Below the pieces are notes generated by a model. The model ran no database searches. It was not told the origin of the DNA and saw only the letters and a program-made list of their open reading frames with translations. Positions 50,731 to 62,100 of a stretch of DNA of 64,000 nucleotides are shown piece by piece. Position numbers and translations under genes: made by a program. Source of the stretch: Wickerhamiella versatilis (Eukaryota); the NCBI GenBank assembly GCA_030867685.1, contig JAQOWU010000008.1, positions 2,046,001 through 2,110,000 on the forward strand. Direction: 5' to 3'. Positions within the stretch are counted from its first letter, which is position 1, and every line of letters begins with the position of its first letter.

Positions 50731-52203
50731 ATGTTCTATGTGAGCTCTGAGAGAACTCGAAGTCATTCGGGATGCAAAAGTTGCCGAAGACGTAAGGTAA
50801 AATGTGATGAGAAAAAACCCGTTTGTGGTGCGTGTAATAGACGAGGTGTGGATTGTGTATTCCCTCAGATCAATATCGTGCAGGTTCTTCCAGGAGAGCA
50901 GCGGTCCGTTAGCAAAAGGAACTACTCACAAAGAAATAAAAAACCGCAAAATTCAAGAGCTTTAATTGAAAATACGCAAGAAAATAATACAACCACTGTC
51001 TCGAATACGCTTCAGTCTCTTCAGCATGGGACACCCTCGCCTGAGCCCATCGAGAGCTTTTTTGATGTAGGAAGATTCATTCAGGAGATGTGCATTAGTG
51101 CTAGGGATCTTGATCCGCTCGTCGACTTAACTCCGGAAGCCCTTTTTGATCATTTTGTGCGCTTTTCATCTCAAAGGCTTGTAGCTCTTCCATTCGATGC
51201 AAATCCTTTTGCAATCTTGCTTCCACGGCTCGCATCTAAGTCGACATCATTCTACAACCTCATTCTTGCATATAGTGCTTCGCATAAGGCTCTTCTTCTG
51301 GGGCTCACAGATACCCCGACTACCAGAGCTTTGGTCGATAGCTGCCATTATGCTATGGCGAACAGCACAGATTTTACTGTTGATGGTGCATTATTATTTG
51401 CTGCGCTACTGTCCCAGCTTGAGGCAGATAGGGGGAATCTAAAGCAGTGGCAAATATGTGCTATGCAAGCAATCAAAATGATAAAAACAAGAGCTCAGTC
51501 AAGAGAACTTTCTGAATATACAGAAGCTCATGATGCCGCGTCGATGCTCAAAATGATCGCATTGAAAATGGTAGGAAGTGACATAGCCATTGGTAACATT
51601 GATGAAGATTCGCCGCTAGATTTTCTTCGTGACTTGTCATTTTGGCCTCGCTGGAGCCATTCTCAAGGCGATGTTATCACAGGATTTGATCCAAATTCAG
51701 TCCCAGTTTTTGCGGAAGTGGCAGAATTGATACATCTAACACGTGCAGTGGGACTAAGTCACGCTATATTAACGCGTGGCTTAAGGGTTATTATGAGGCT
51801 GAATGATGGAATATTCGAAGATACTTGCATGAATGAGATTTCCGTATTGTCAAAGCTTTACCAGCTTTCGTTCAAGGTACATGTATACAGGCGCGTTTTG
51901 CGCTTTCGATCACCGCATCCCCATGTAAGGCGTATCGTATCCTATATGCTTGATCTAATTGATCGGGGCATACCAGAGTCATCTCTCATACACACGCGTA
52001 TGCCGTTTGTTATATCCACATTATGCTGTGAATGTGATCCTGCCGATAATTGGCGGCGTGCATCTCTGAAACGAAGATTAGAGGCTATGGATTCTGACGG
52101 TTTTGTGCTTAACCGTAGCATACGTGAGACGTTGGAACAAAATTGGGATGATTTATCGGGACTTCTGGATGACTTTGCTTCAACAGCAGAAAATCTGCAT
52201 TAA
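50731..52203 (+). CDS. Zn(II)2Cys6 transcription factor with fungal-specific TF domain
   Basis: CKSCRRRKVKCDEKKPVCGACNRRGVDC binuclear cluster; NPF...LP...LILAYSASH domain. Confidence 0.92.
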   Translation: MFYVSSERTRSHSGCKSCRRRKVKCDEKKPVCGACNRRGVDCVFPQINIVQVLPGEQRSVSKRNYSQRNKKPQNSRALIENTQENNTTTVSNTLQSLQHGTPSPEPIESFFDVGRFIQEMCISARDLDPLVDLTPEALFDHFVRFSSQRLVALPFDANPFAILLPRLASKSTSFYNLILAYSASHKALLLGLTDTPTTRALVDSCHYAMANSTDFTVDGALLFAALLSQLEADRGNLKQWQICAMQAIKMIKTRAQSRELSEYTEAHDAASMLKMIALKMVGSDIAIGNIDEDSPLDFLRDLSFWPRWSHSQGDVITGFDPNSVPVFAEVAELIHLTRAVGLSHAILTRGLRVIMRLNDGIFEDTCMNEISVLSKLYQLSFKVHVYRRVLRFRSPHPHVRRIVSYMLDLIDRGIPESSLIHTRMPFVISTLCCECDPADNWRRASLKRRLEAMDSDGFVLNRSIRETLEQNWDDLSGLLDDFASTAENLH

Positions 52204-52309
52204 CGCGTTGTGCTATCCTAATTGACTTTATTCTGACACCAATTTAAATTATTGATCCTTTCGCCCAACTTAAAGTGGATCTTGTTTATGTTCATAATGT
52301 TTACTAATA

Positions 52310-54610
52310 ATGTATAGGTCTGGTGGCGCCGATGTGCCAACCAGTACGGATGGTGAATTCTTAAAACCATTTACTGTACCTTTAAAAGCTACTCGTCGTA
52401 GTTCGAGAGTAAAGAAACGCGTTTCATACAAGAATATCCTTGGAAATGAGCCTGAGATGCCGGTCATCACGTCTGATCCAGTACAAGATTTGTCGCGTCC
52501 ATTTCGACTTCCTCTGAAGACAATCGACCAAAATAAAGCGCCTCCACCATGTTTAGGGATGAAGAGACAACCTGATTGGGCACCAAAACCTCTCTATGAC
52601 CCTTGTGGTGAATTCGCCATTGTCCTTTACGACCCCACACTGGAACCCGAAGAGCAAATGTCGCAAACTGAAATCGAACATGAAAATCTTTCTCAATCGC
52701 AAAATTCTACTCATATCGAGCTAAAGAGACGGTGCTGGCAAGGAGATGCGTTGACAAAATTACTTGGGGAGGATAAGCCTCCAACAAAGAAAAAAGTAAA
52801 ACTACCCGTGGTAATTGACCCTAAACTTGCTCGTATCCTAAGGCCGCATCAAGTGGAAGGTGTAAAATTTTTGTATCGATGCACAATGGGGCTTGTGGAT
52901 CCAAAAGCCAGTGGATGCATAATGGCGGACGAGATGGGTCTCGGAAAAACATTGCAATGCATTACCCTGATGTGGACACTTCTTAAGCAAAGTCCAGAGG
53001 GACGAAAAGGATCTATAAGCAAGGCAATTGTTGTGTGCCCAAGTTCGCTGGTCCGTAATTGGGCAAATGAGTTGGATAAATGGCTGGGTGTTGGTGCACT
53101 AAATTCTTTAGCTGCCGATGGTAAGTCTGTCAAACCTGCTGATTTGGGTCCACAACTAAAGTATTGGGCTGATGCTAGTGGAAGGCAAATAACAAGACCT
53201 GTCCTCATTATCAGTTATGAGACACTCCGCCGACATGTTGATGATATCAAGAATGCAGATATTGGACTCCTTCTTGCTGATGAAGGACATAGGCTTAAGA
53301 ATGGAGATTCTTTGACCTTCACTGCTCTAGATACTCTCAACGTAAAGCGTCGCGTGATTTTGAGTGGTACACCAATCCAGAATGATCTTAGCGAATACTT
53401 TTCTCTTGTTTCATTTGCCAATCCAGGATTGCTTGGAAACCGGCAACAGTTCCGACGCGACTATGAAATCAAGATCTTGCGCGGTCGTGATGCTGATGCC
53501 ACTGACTCTGAAATAGCAGAAGGTGATGCCAAGCTCAGAGAACTCTTGGAACATGTTACAAAATACATCATTCGCAGGACAAATGACATTTTGTCAAAGT
53601 ATCTTCCTGTCAAATTTGAACATGTTGTGTTCTGTGGTTTGACCGATTTCCAGACAAAGGTTTATAAACACTTTTTGGAGTCGCGTGAGGTGGGACAGCT
53701 CTTAAAAGGAAATGGCCAGCCTCTGTATGCAATTAATATTTTAAAGAAGTTGTGTACACATCCGGATCTCCTTGATTTAGTCGAAGACATACGAGGGGTC
53801 TCTAAACTCTTGCCATCTGACTATATTCCACCATCTGCTCGCAGCCAAAGGGATAGGGCACCCCGTGTTTGGTATTCAGGAAAATTCCTGGTATTGGCGA
53901 GAATGCTCGCAAGAATTCGTGAAGATACTGATGACAAGATTGTATTGATTTCCAATTACACCCAGACATTGGATATGATAGAGAATATGTGTCGAGCAAA
54001 TCGTTATGGATGCCTCAGACTTGATGGATCCATGGCAGTTGCAAAAAGGCAGCGACTTGTTGATAGATTCAATAATCCAAGCCAGCCAGAATTTATATTT
54101 TTGTTGAGCTCCAAGGCTGGAGGGTGTGGAATAAATCTAATAGGAGCGAATCGCCTTATTCTGTTGGACCCTGACTGGAATCCTGCTGCCGACCAACAAG
54201 CGCTTGCTCGGGTATGGCGTGATGGTCAGAAGAAAACATGCTTCGTTTACCGGTTTATAGCTACTGGAACAATCGAAGAAAAAATATTTCAGCGTCAGAC
54301 CATGAAGCAGCAATTGAGCTCAGCGGTTGTTGACGAGAATGTGGATGTCGAGCGTGTCTTCAGTGCTGATATTCTTAGAAAGCTATTCCTTTACAATTCG
54401 AACACGAAGTGTGATACCCATGAAACTTTTAAATGCCGGAGATGCTCACCAGAAGGCCAATTGATTAAGGCACCCGCAATGCTGTATGGCGATGCTAAAA
54501 CTTGGAATCATTTTCCGGCCGAACAGCTGCACAAAATCGAGGATAAGTTGCTACAGCAGGAATCTTCTGCTGGTATAGTCAACTTTGTCTTCCAGTATAT
54601 ATCTCACTAG
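52310..54610 (+). CDS. RAD54: SWI2/SNF2-family recombination translocase
   Basis: LRPHQVEGVKFLY, DEMGLGKTLQCI, DEGHRLKN, SGTPIQNDL, WNPAADQQALARVWRDGQKK, terminal FQYISH. Confidence 0.97.
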   Translation: MYRSGGADVPTSTDGEFLKPFTVPLKATRRSSRVKKRVSYKNILGNEPEMPVITSDPVQDLSRPFRLPLKTIDQNKAPPPCLGMKRQPDWAPKPLYDPCGEFAIVLYDPTLEPEEQMSQTEIEHENLSQSQNSTHIELKRRCWQGDALTKLLGEDKPPTKKKVKLPVVIDPKLARILRPHQVEGVKFLYRCTMGLVDPKASGCIMADEMGLGKTLQCITLMWTLLKQSPEGRKGSISKAIVVCPSSLVRNWANELDKWLGVGALNSLAADGKSVKPADLGPQLKYWADASGRQITRPVLIISYETLRRHVDDIKNADIGLLLADEGHRLKNGDSLTFTALDTLNVKRRVILSGTPIQNDLSEYFSLVSFANPGLLGNRQQFRRDYEIKILRGRDADATDSEIAEGDAKLRELLEHVTKYIIRRTNDILSKYLPVKFEHVVFCGLTDFQTKVYKHFLESREVGQLLKGNGQPLYAINILKKLCTHPDLLDLVEDIRGVSKLLPSDYIPPSARSQRDRAPRVWYSGKFLVLARMLARIREDTDDKIVLISNYTQTLDMIENMCRANRYGCLRLDGSMAVAKRQRLVDRFNNPSQPEFIFLLSSKAGGCGINLIGANRLILLDPDWNPAADQQALARVWRDGQKKTCFVYRFIATGTIEEKIFQRQTMKQQLSSAVVDENVDVERVFSADILRKLFLYNSNTKCDTHETFKCRRCSPEGQLIKAPAMLYGDAKTWNHFPAEQLHKIEDKLLQQESSAGIVNFVFQYISH

Positions 54611-54689
54611 ATTTGTGATTATTTATTGTTGAAGTTTGAAATACTGTATACCATCTAATTAATCTAAAATACTCACATATTCCAGAGGA

Positions 54690-57600
54690 TCACTGTGGTG
54701 TGGCAACAGCTACTGCGGCAGCTTGTATACCATCGTGAGAAATCGACACCTTGACAGATCGTCCTTGAGCAGCAAGCTTAGCTTGGCCATGAAGCACAAC
54801 CTTAGGACCAGTCGACTCTCTGAGGATTTCAATATCAAGCAATGGTGCCCCTCCACCTCGAGAAACAGTTCCTAAAGACTTGAATACTGCTTCTTTGGCC
54901 GACCAAGTACCAGTGAATGATGCACGAGGGTCTGGGGCTGAATAGCAGTAATTCCGCTCAGGCTCCGTGAAGTTACGTTCAATGAATGTTTCGTCATCAA
55001 TGTTAATAGCAGAGACTAACTCAACATCAACACCTACACTTTCAGAGGTAACCTGACTACTGAGACTTGTCAAAGTAGTTTCCACTTTAGGCTGTGACAA
55101 CTTGGCGAATGTGTAGCCTGAATCAACACGTGCAGTGGGGTCAAGATAGACCTGTTTCTCCTGTTCCGGAGTGTAGGGTGCCTTGTCCTTAGCACGGAAC
55201 ATTGTGTTATAGCAAAGAGCATCATGCAAGTAGCGGTAAGTACGATCGTAACGAGATGCAACCTTAGCGCAGTAATTCTCATAGACATCCCTGTGCAAAG
55301 TGGAGAATAGGTAATCAGGGTGGATAAGAAGTGCGAAGGCTCCCTTCTGACCGAATCCGAAGGAAGTAACAGTTCCAGCCTTGATTCCATAGGTCTGCAA
55401 CGTGATACTAGAGAACTGAACTCTGTCGAACTGTTCAAGAACACTATCAACATTGTCTGCGTTCCTGTTACCAGGCACGATACCCGTATTCAAAACTTGG
55501 AGCATACCATTAAGCATCCACGCACCAGCAGCACCCTTAGGATGACCTGTAAGATATTTCTGGAAGATACCAAGCACGGGGTTACCCTTGGACCTACCCA
55601 AATGTACTAGCATATCATGGATTGCGCCAGACTCATTCTTGTCATTGGCACCAGTCGAGGTTCCATGGAAAGACGAAGCGCCAATGTCATCAATTCCAAG
55701 ACCCCAAACAGCCAGAGCTCCGCGTAGAGGAGAGATATATGGGTCTCTCTTGTAGAAGTCGACAGTCCACGTTGACTGTGCCTCCTTCTCTTGACGACGA
55801 GCATCTTTAGTGATTTGATCGATGCGTTCACCAAGTTCTTCGCGTGGCAAATCCTGAGAATCAAGCCAAGTCTTCTCATCCTCAACCCATTGTTTGATCT
55901 GGCGACGACGATATTCAAGTTGACGACGACGATAGTCAATATTCAAAAGAGGATGGCTTGGCTTGGGGACCTCGCGCGCAACAGTCATGATACCCTTTCC
56001 TGGTGCGGGTACAGAACGGCCAATCTTGTCCATTGCCGTAGCAGTGAGCGCAACAATACCGTAAATCGGCACACCCATATCAATTGCAAGCTGGGCAGTC
56101 ATGAGAACCTGGATACCAGAACCTTGGGCTTCCATGAAACCAGCTCTTGAAGTGGTTGTTGGACGAGACATCTCCGATGGTGGTCTGCCATTCTCGAACT
56201 CGGTGAGGGAGTTCGAAGTAGCATTCATATTACCGAATTCTTCTATGCCTTCTTCTCGGAGGTCGTCATAACCACCGACGATCGCAATTCTCGCCGCACC
56301 AGAGCGAAGTAGCTCTACACCACTATCCACACTCTCTACTGCAGTTGCACAAGCACCGACTGGGGTCTTAACAGGACCAGAAGCAGACAGTAAAAGCATA
56401 TTAACCCAAGCGCTCATGGTGTTAATAAACGATTCCTGTAGAATATCATTTTGAACCGTCCTATCTAGGAAACGATCTTTGAACATGTTCTGCAACGCAG
56501 TCATACCTCCCATACCACTACCGGACGCGTTTGCGACCTCTGAAACATGGACATACTTGTAAAATTCATAAGGGTCGGTAATACCTGATGAAAGAAGGGC
56601 CTCAACAGTACTAACAAGAGCATAGAGAGTAATTTCATCCACCTGTTGAATAATATCTTCAGGAACGCCATAGCGACGAGCATCCCAACCTGTAGGGATT
56701 TGTCCTGATACGAGCCTAGAGGTTTGCAGTGCCTTTGGTACCAAAATACGCGATCCCTTAAGGAAACGAACAGACCACATATCACTATCGGGAATAGGGA
56801 AGCACTCAACTTTATCACCCTGCTCATGATGGAAGTGCGCAGCGGTTTCAGCAGTTGCCTCGAAAGGCTCGAGATCATGCTCTATAATAACCTCTTGCAA
56901 TAGAGTCTTCTTCTTCGGATCGAACCCGATCAACTCCGGCTCTGTCAAACGGATACCGCTATGCTCCAATATGTAAGGTTCATACTTAGGCTTGACATCA
57001 TGCTCTTCGACTGGCTCACCAGTCTTAGCATCAACCCAACCAGAATAAGGCTTTCCTTTGATATTACCGTTGTGATAACGAATCAAGCCCATAATCCAGG
57101 CCATTTCAATGGCACCTTCCAAAGAAAATGCGCCGTAGGCTTCCATCTCCCATCGAGTGCGTGCATTACCCCATGGACCAACTTCACTGAAACCAGTTGT
57201 TACAACAACCTTATCGAGATCAATCATATCCTTGAGCTCTGGAGCAGGCAATTCCTTGTACTTCTTCAATGGTGGGAATTCAAACTTGATGTTAGCACGT
57301 GGCTGGATCTTCTCGTGAGAGTATGGCATGTCAGCCTGGTTACCATTAATGACACGCTGCTCAATGCCAGTCTCAACAGAGACAGCACGGCGTAGCTCCG
57401 CGGTATCGAAGAGTGACTTGCGCAAATCAGCCATATATTCCTTAAGATTTGGCAGATTTTGCATACCACCATTAAGGTCGGCCCATACTGGACTTTGCTG
57501 GGCAAGATCAACAACTTCGGGCGTCATCAAACCTAACAAGTTGAATGCCATCTCCTGCTGACTGAAAGTGCGAACGCCAAGACGTTCGATACCTTCAGCG

Positions 57601-60071
57601 ACAAGGTTGTTCTGAGACATCAGACCGGTTCCACGAGTCCATCCAATGATAGCACCACAAATGGTCAGATAGGATCCCCAGGACTCTGAATGCCAGCGGT
57701 TGAACAGAGTTTCAAGGGCGATCTTTGATTCACCGTACAATCCGTCACCACCAAACGTTCCGTGATTAGGACTGAGTGGAAGTAGAACCTGAGCTGGACG
57801 GGTGACCACACTTCGTTTCTCCTTCTCTTGTTTCACGAAACCTAGAATACGAAGAACGTTAGTGAGCATAAGTCGGTGAGCAAGTTCAGACTTAGATTCG
57901 ATACCATCGATCTCTATGCCACCTTCAGGGATCGCAGCGAATGGAATGATGAAGTCGAGATCCCACCCAAGTTCACCATAAATAAATTGTACTAGTTCCC
58001 TGCAATCAGTGGCTGAAGCTTGATTAAATGGTACAACAACGAGAGTTGATCCTACAGCGCCGTAACGGGTATACAAACTCTGATAGTAGTCGGTTGCTGA
58101 CTTCGAGAAACGGGAAGTAGTCACCACAACTTTGGCGCCACCCATGAGTAGACCTTCCAAAATCTTGGATCCAATCGACCCCTTGCCTGCACCAGTGAGG
58201 AGTGCAGTCTTTCCCTTGTAAGTTACACCTTCACGTGCGGCCTTCTCAAGCCCATTAAGGTACGCACCAGTCAGCTCAGGGCTATATTTCCAACCATCAT
58301 TTATACGGCCCTTCAAGTTGAGGAACGGGATTATGTCGGGACGCATTCCTTTAGCTGGCAATTCCTTGCGAGCCCGGGACAGACGCTCGCGAAGCAGTTC
58401 GAGGAACCGCTCGGCATCTTTGTCTTCACCAAGTGTTTTGTAGATGTCTTCAAGCTGGCTCAGTGGACCCTCGGTATCACGAGTGATTTCAGCTCCTTGA
58501 GCCATTTCGAACACGTACTGCTCAAGCTTGCGACACTCCGGACGCTGAACTTCGGAATACTCAATTGCACCCTTCGATGTTATATTAGTATGAGGACCGG
58601 TTGGATGATACACATCTTTATAGACTGGGTTTTCACCCAAAGCTTCCTTGCAATTCTCCAGAAGCTGCTTAGCAAGCTCACGAGCCAATTCGAAGCTCTC
58701 GCCACGATGGGTAGGGACGTTGTCGATGTAATAGACCATAACATCGATCAACGTAGGGTTAGCGCGGTTCATAATAGCTATGCAGCGACTAACTATCTCG
58801 CGATCAATGGTAGAGAGCTTGCCCCAGATAATATCATAAAACATGCGCATGCATTCCTGTCGTGCCCAGTTCCAGTAAGAGTCGTACTTACGAGACTTCT
58901 TTGGCGAGAAAATGGGCTGGATACCTGTGGCATATACGTCGCCATGCTCGCTCAACCATAGATCAAGGTCTTTCTGGAGAACTTCTGCCGCATCCTTCTG
59001 AACTTGGACCTGCTTATCACCCTTGCGCAAGTCAATCTTGAGGTAGCGAGCCAGAAGTTCAAGCTGTTGACGGGCCAGAGCTTTCGAATCCTTAGTGACC
59101 TCCTCAAGAGCAGCAGCATCAACAGTGGCACCACCGGCACCACCGCCGCCACCACCACCAGCAGCTGGACTGCTGAGAGTGACACCTTCCTGCTTGGCGT
59201 AAAGCTGTGCTTGAGCATCGAGGAAGGCCTTTGCGTCTCCTTCCGACCCTAGACGACTCGGAGGCTCATTAGTTAGCGCGATAAGGAGAACACCATCCTG
59301 CCGTCCAGGGGGTAGACCCCACCGGCTTTGCAGATATTTACGAACAGTGGACAGCGAGAAACCACCAGGCATCTTTGCCGCAGCAAATTTAGCGATAAGA
59401 GCAGACGTATGCTTGCCAAGCTTTCCACCAAACCCGTCGCCCATAGTTTCACCAAGTTCGGCGATGGGAATTTCTTCGGCCTTTTCAGGTGCTGAATTGA
59501 ACTCTTTTCCAAGATCACCCAAGATCTCATTCTGGACAGTTGATTTACCACCTACAAGATCTTTGATTGCCTTTCCAGTGCTAACCTGATCCAAAGGTTT
59601 CCTGATCTTGTGTGCTATGAGGGCATGCAACACTTGAATGGCCTTCAGGGGGGCATCGTCAAGCTCAGCAGCTGGCCCAGCACTTGCAGCTGGAGCAGCA
59701 GCGGGTGCTGGAGCAGCGGCGGGTGCTTGTGGTGCAGCAGCAGGGGCTGGTGCATCTGATTTGGGCTCCTCTGCCGCCGGCGGCTCAGGTGGATCCACGT
59801 CATAATAAATCTCCTTGGCATCCTTAGCGTAGGATAGAACCTCACGTTGAAGAGACAAGGCAGCATCATAACCTTGATAATTAGCCTTAAGGGTACGTGA
59901 AGCCATTCCTGCTAATGTGGGTGACGGACCAACCTCCACAAGGCGCTCCGTTTTCTTATCAGCAAGGATAACATCTTGTGTTTCGATCCATCGCACAGGC
60001 GAAGCAAATTGATACGCTAGCAGCTCCATCAGGAGCGTGTGCGCCAGCTCCTGCTCGACCTGTGGCTTCAT
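54690..60071 (-). CDS. FAS2: Fatty acid synthase alpha subunit (ACP, KR, KS, PPT)
   Basis: [32 protein letters not shown] (ACP Ser), PVGACATA (KS Cys), [10 protein letters not shown]...[11 protein letters not shown]. Confidence 0.99.
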   Translation of the reverse strand: MKPQVEQELAHTLLMELLAYQFASPVRWIETQDVILADKKTERLVEVGPSPTLAGMASRTLKANYQGYDAALSLQREVLSYAKDAKEIYYDVDPPEPPAAEEPKSDAPAPAAAPQAPAAAPAPAAAPAASAGPAAELDDAPLKAIQVLHALIAHKIRKPLDQVSTGKAIKDLVGGKSTVQNEILGDLGKEFNSAPEKAEEIPIAELGETMGDGFGGKLGKHTSALIAKFAAAKMPGGFSLSTVRKYLQSRWGLPPGRQDGVLLIALTNEPPSRLGSEGDAKAFLDAQAQLYAKQEGVTLSSPAAGGGGGGGAGGATVDAAALEEVTKDSKALARQQLELLARYLKIDLRKGDKQVQVQKDAAEVLQKDLDLWLSEHGDVYATGIQPIFSPKKSRKYDSYWNWARQECMRMFYDIIWGKLSTIDREIVSRCIAIMNRANPTLIDVMVYYIDNVPTHRGESFELARELAKQLLENCKEALGENPVYKDVYHPTGPHTNITSKGAIEYSEVQRPECRKLEQYVFEMAQGAEITRDTEGPLSQLEDIYKTLGEDKDAERFLELLRERLSRARKELPAKGMRPDIIPFLNLKGRINDGWKYSPELTGAYLNGLEKAAREGVTYKGKTALLTGAGKGSIGSKILEGLLMGGAKVVVTTSRFSKSATDYYQSLYTRYGAVGSTLVVVPFNQASATDCRELVQFIYGELGWDLDFIIPFAAIPEGGIEIDGIESKSELAHRLMLTNVLRILGFVKQEKEKRSVVTRPAQVLLPLSPNHGTFGGDGLYGESKIALETLFNRWHSESWGSYLTICGAIIGWTRGTGLMSQNNLVAEGIERLGVRTFSQQEMAFNLLGLMTPEVVDLAQQSPVWADLNGGMQNLPNLKEYMADLRKSLFDTAELRRAVSVETGIEQRVINGNQADMPYSHEKIQPRANIKFEFPPLKKYKELPAPELKDMIDLDKVVVTTGFSEVGPWGNARTRWEMEAYGAFSLEGAIEMAWIMGLIRYHNGNIKGKPYSGWVDAKTGEPVEEHDVKPKYEPYILEHSGIRLTEPELIGFDPKKKTLLQEVIIEHDLEPFEATAETAAHFHHEQGDKVECFPIPDSDMWSVRFLKGSRILVPKALQTSRLVSGQIPTGWDARRYGVPEDIIQQVDEITLYALVSTVEALLSSGITDPYEFYKYVHVSEVANASGSGMGGMTALQNMFKDRFLDRTVQNDILQESFINTMSAWVNMLLLSASGPVKTPVGACATAVESVDSGVELLRSGAARIAIVGGYDDLREEGIEEFGNMNATSNSLTEFENGRPPSEMSRPTTTSRAGFMEAQGSGIQVLMTAQLAIDMGVPIYGIVALTATAMDKIGRSVPAPGKGIMTVAREVPKPSHPLLNIDYRRRQLEYRRRQIKQWVEDEKTWLDSQDLPREELGERIDQITKDARRQEKEAQSTWTVDFYKRDPYISPLRGALAVWGLGIDDIGASSFHGTSTGANDKNESGAIHDMLVHLGRSKGNPVLGIFQKYLTGHPKGAAGAWMLNGMLQVLNTGIVPGNRNADNVDSVLEQFDRVQFSSITLQTYGIKAGTVTSFGFGQKGAFALLIHPDYLFSTLHRDVYENYCAKVASRYDRTYRYLHDALCYNTMFRAKDKAPYTPEQEKQVYLDPTARVDSGYTFAKLSQPKVETTLTSLSSQVTSESVGVDVELVSAINIDDETFIERNFTEPERNYCYSAPDPRASFTGTWSAKEAVFKSLGTVSRGGGAPLLDIEILRESTGPKVVLHGQAKLAAQGRSVKVSISHDGIQAAAVAVATPQ

Positions 60072-60438
60072 AGTGCTATCGTGTCAGGATGACGATCGGG
60101 ATATCCCAGGCCCTATTACTTTGGCCCCCGTTGGGGGTTGAGTAGGGTTTGGGTCTGAATCCAAGTGATCCACATGTGCGGCATCCATGGACCTGGTAGG
60201 CCATTTTGGAAGTATTCAATATATGACTTCCTCCAAAATAGTGGCTATGGGCTTTTCAGTAAATCTAAATAACTGCACTGGGTCTCTAAACACTTAATAC
60301 CGATAGGATTCTCGAATGGACTCTACTTTTTTCTATATTCGATAAAAATTCTTTCTACCTTAAGTTTAGAAGCTGGCTTGTTGACGTGATGTCACCATTC
60401 AACCCGTTTTTCACTAGGGCACCCATTCAGCCCTTCTG

Positions 60439-60462
60439 ATTGGCACGTGACCAATATAAAAA
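60439..60462 (+). promoter_or_regulatory. Composite ATTGG-CACGTG-A-CCAAT element abutting TATAAAA
   Basis: Two inverted CCAAT boxes flank an E-box in the FAS2/SSO divergent intergenic region. Confidence 0.4.
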
Positions 60463-60730
60463 GTCCCATTGTGGAAACAGTTTGTCAGCGTAAAAACATT
60501 TGCCTGTCAGAAATAGGTTGCACTATATTTGGTGTTATCGACAAGGACAAGCGTAGATTGATCTGGTCTAACTCTACCCTCGGTTGTGTTTCGATTATAA
60601 CAGAGGACTAACCGTAGACTACATATAAACCTTTATAACCATTTTAAAAAATGTTCTGCTCGACTCGGCATTTGTTTAGGCCCGATACTTACATAACCTG
60701 TATATCCTATCCCGTTCACTCTTTTCGATC

Positions 60731-61606
60731 ATGAGCTACGGTTACCAGCAGCAGGCACCGTATGGCACCAGCGAAGGTGCAAATGAATATGAGCTGGAGA
60801 ATCAGCAGGCACCTAACTCTATGGTTGCTTTCTTTGGTGAGATCGAGGACATTAAGCGTCATTTAGTGCAATATGACGATAACATTGAGCGTATTGAGGG
60901 TCTCCATCGCCGTTCCTTGGCTGAAACAAATGTAGAGAATGACGAGGTCATCCAGCGTCAATTAGAGACGTTGATCGAGGACACCCGTGCTCTTTCCCAA
61001 ACCTTGAAGACTCGGATCAAGTCGCTTGAGTCGAAATCACAGAACGATTCGACGAAAAAGACCCAGAGCGAGAACCTCAGGCGGCAATTTATGTCTCTTA
61101 TCCAGAAGTTTCAGGCCACGGAGGCTGCGTTCCGGCAGCGGTACCACGATGCGGCTGAGCGCCAGTACCGTATAGTCCAGCCGGATGCTACTGACGCTGA
61201 AGTTCAGGAGGCAATCGACGATGCATCTGGACAGCAGGTGTTCTCTCAAGCACTTATGCAAAGTAACAGACGAGGTGAGGCCCGTGCAGCTCTCACTGAA
61301 GTTCAGGTTCGTCACCGCGAGATTCAAAAAATCGAGCAAACCCTCCAGGAGTTGGCACAGCTGTTTAATGATATGGAGGTTCTTGTCGCGGAGCAGGAGG
61401 AGCAGGTCCAGGACGTCGATCAAAATGTCGGAAATGCTCAGCACGATATCGAAATTGGTGTTGGACATCAGGAGAAAGCTATTGGTCTTGCGCGGGCATG
61501 GCGTAAGAAGAAGTGGATCTGCTTTGTGATTGTTGTCGTCATTGTCCTCGGTGTGGCTCTGGGTGTCGGTCTGGGTGTTGGCTTGAACCACGGTAATAGT
61601 AATTAA
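60731..61606 (+). CDS. Plasma membrane syntaxin (Sso1/2 family), copy A
   Basis: Habc domain, RQYRIVQPDAT, QQVFSQALMQSNRRGEAR..L.EVQ.RH SNARE motif, C-terminal TM. Confidence 0.96.
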   Translation: MSYGYQQQAPYGTSEGANEYELENQQAPNSMVAFFGEIEDIKRHLVQYDDNIERIEGLHRRSLAETNVENDEVIQRQLETLIEDTRALSQTLKTRIKSLESKSQNDSTKKTQSENLRRQFMSLIQKFQATEAAFRQRYHDAAERQYRIVQPDATDAEVQEAIDDASGQQVFSQALMQSNRRGEARAALTEVQVRHREIQKIEQTLQELAQLFNDMEVLVAEQEEQVQDVDQNVGNAQHDIEIGVGHQEKAIGLARAWRKKKWICFVIVVVIVLGVALGVGLGVGLNHGNSN

Positions 61607-62100
61607 TATTGAAGCCCTACTTGACTTTTTTCAGTCGACGCATTAGGTTATATCTGGTCGACACGGTTGATTCTGAAATATCCTGTTAATGGCAATCTTA
61701 CCCTGCTTGAAATACGCGAGCCTACTCTTACAGATATTCGATTTTTGTCACTATATATATTAACGTATTTTCAAACAGTGCCATACGGAACCTCTTAGGA
61801 GGAATATGTGGTTTATCGATGGAAAGTTTTAACTTTTTAGGGATATCATGGCTCATTCTCTGGGCTATCAACTGCAATGAAGTGATATGTGCTACATTTT
61901 TTTCATCAGCTAGGCATTTGGTGTTTTGCAATTATATGTACCAGTATTGGCTTGGCTTAGGCTTTGTCTAGGTATAGCCACTGTATTTTTAGCGGAGATC
62001 GATGCCGCCGGTCATCATAAACCCTTCAAGGAAGGAGGTGGGAAATAATAATAAGTGGTGGTTAATTACATAATACTGGTAACTGGCCTCCTCCTTTGGC

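Noticed and set aside
59100-59790. GC-rich triplet repeats in FAS2
   Set aside because: They encode the ordinary Ala/Pro and Gly linkers flanking the ACP domain
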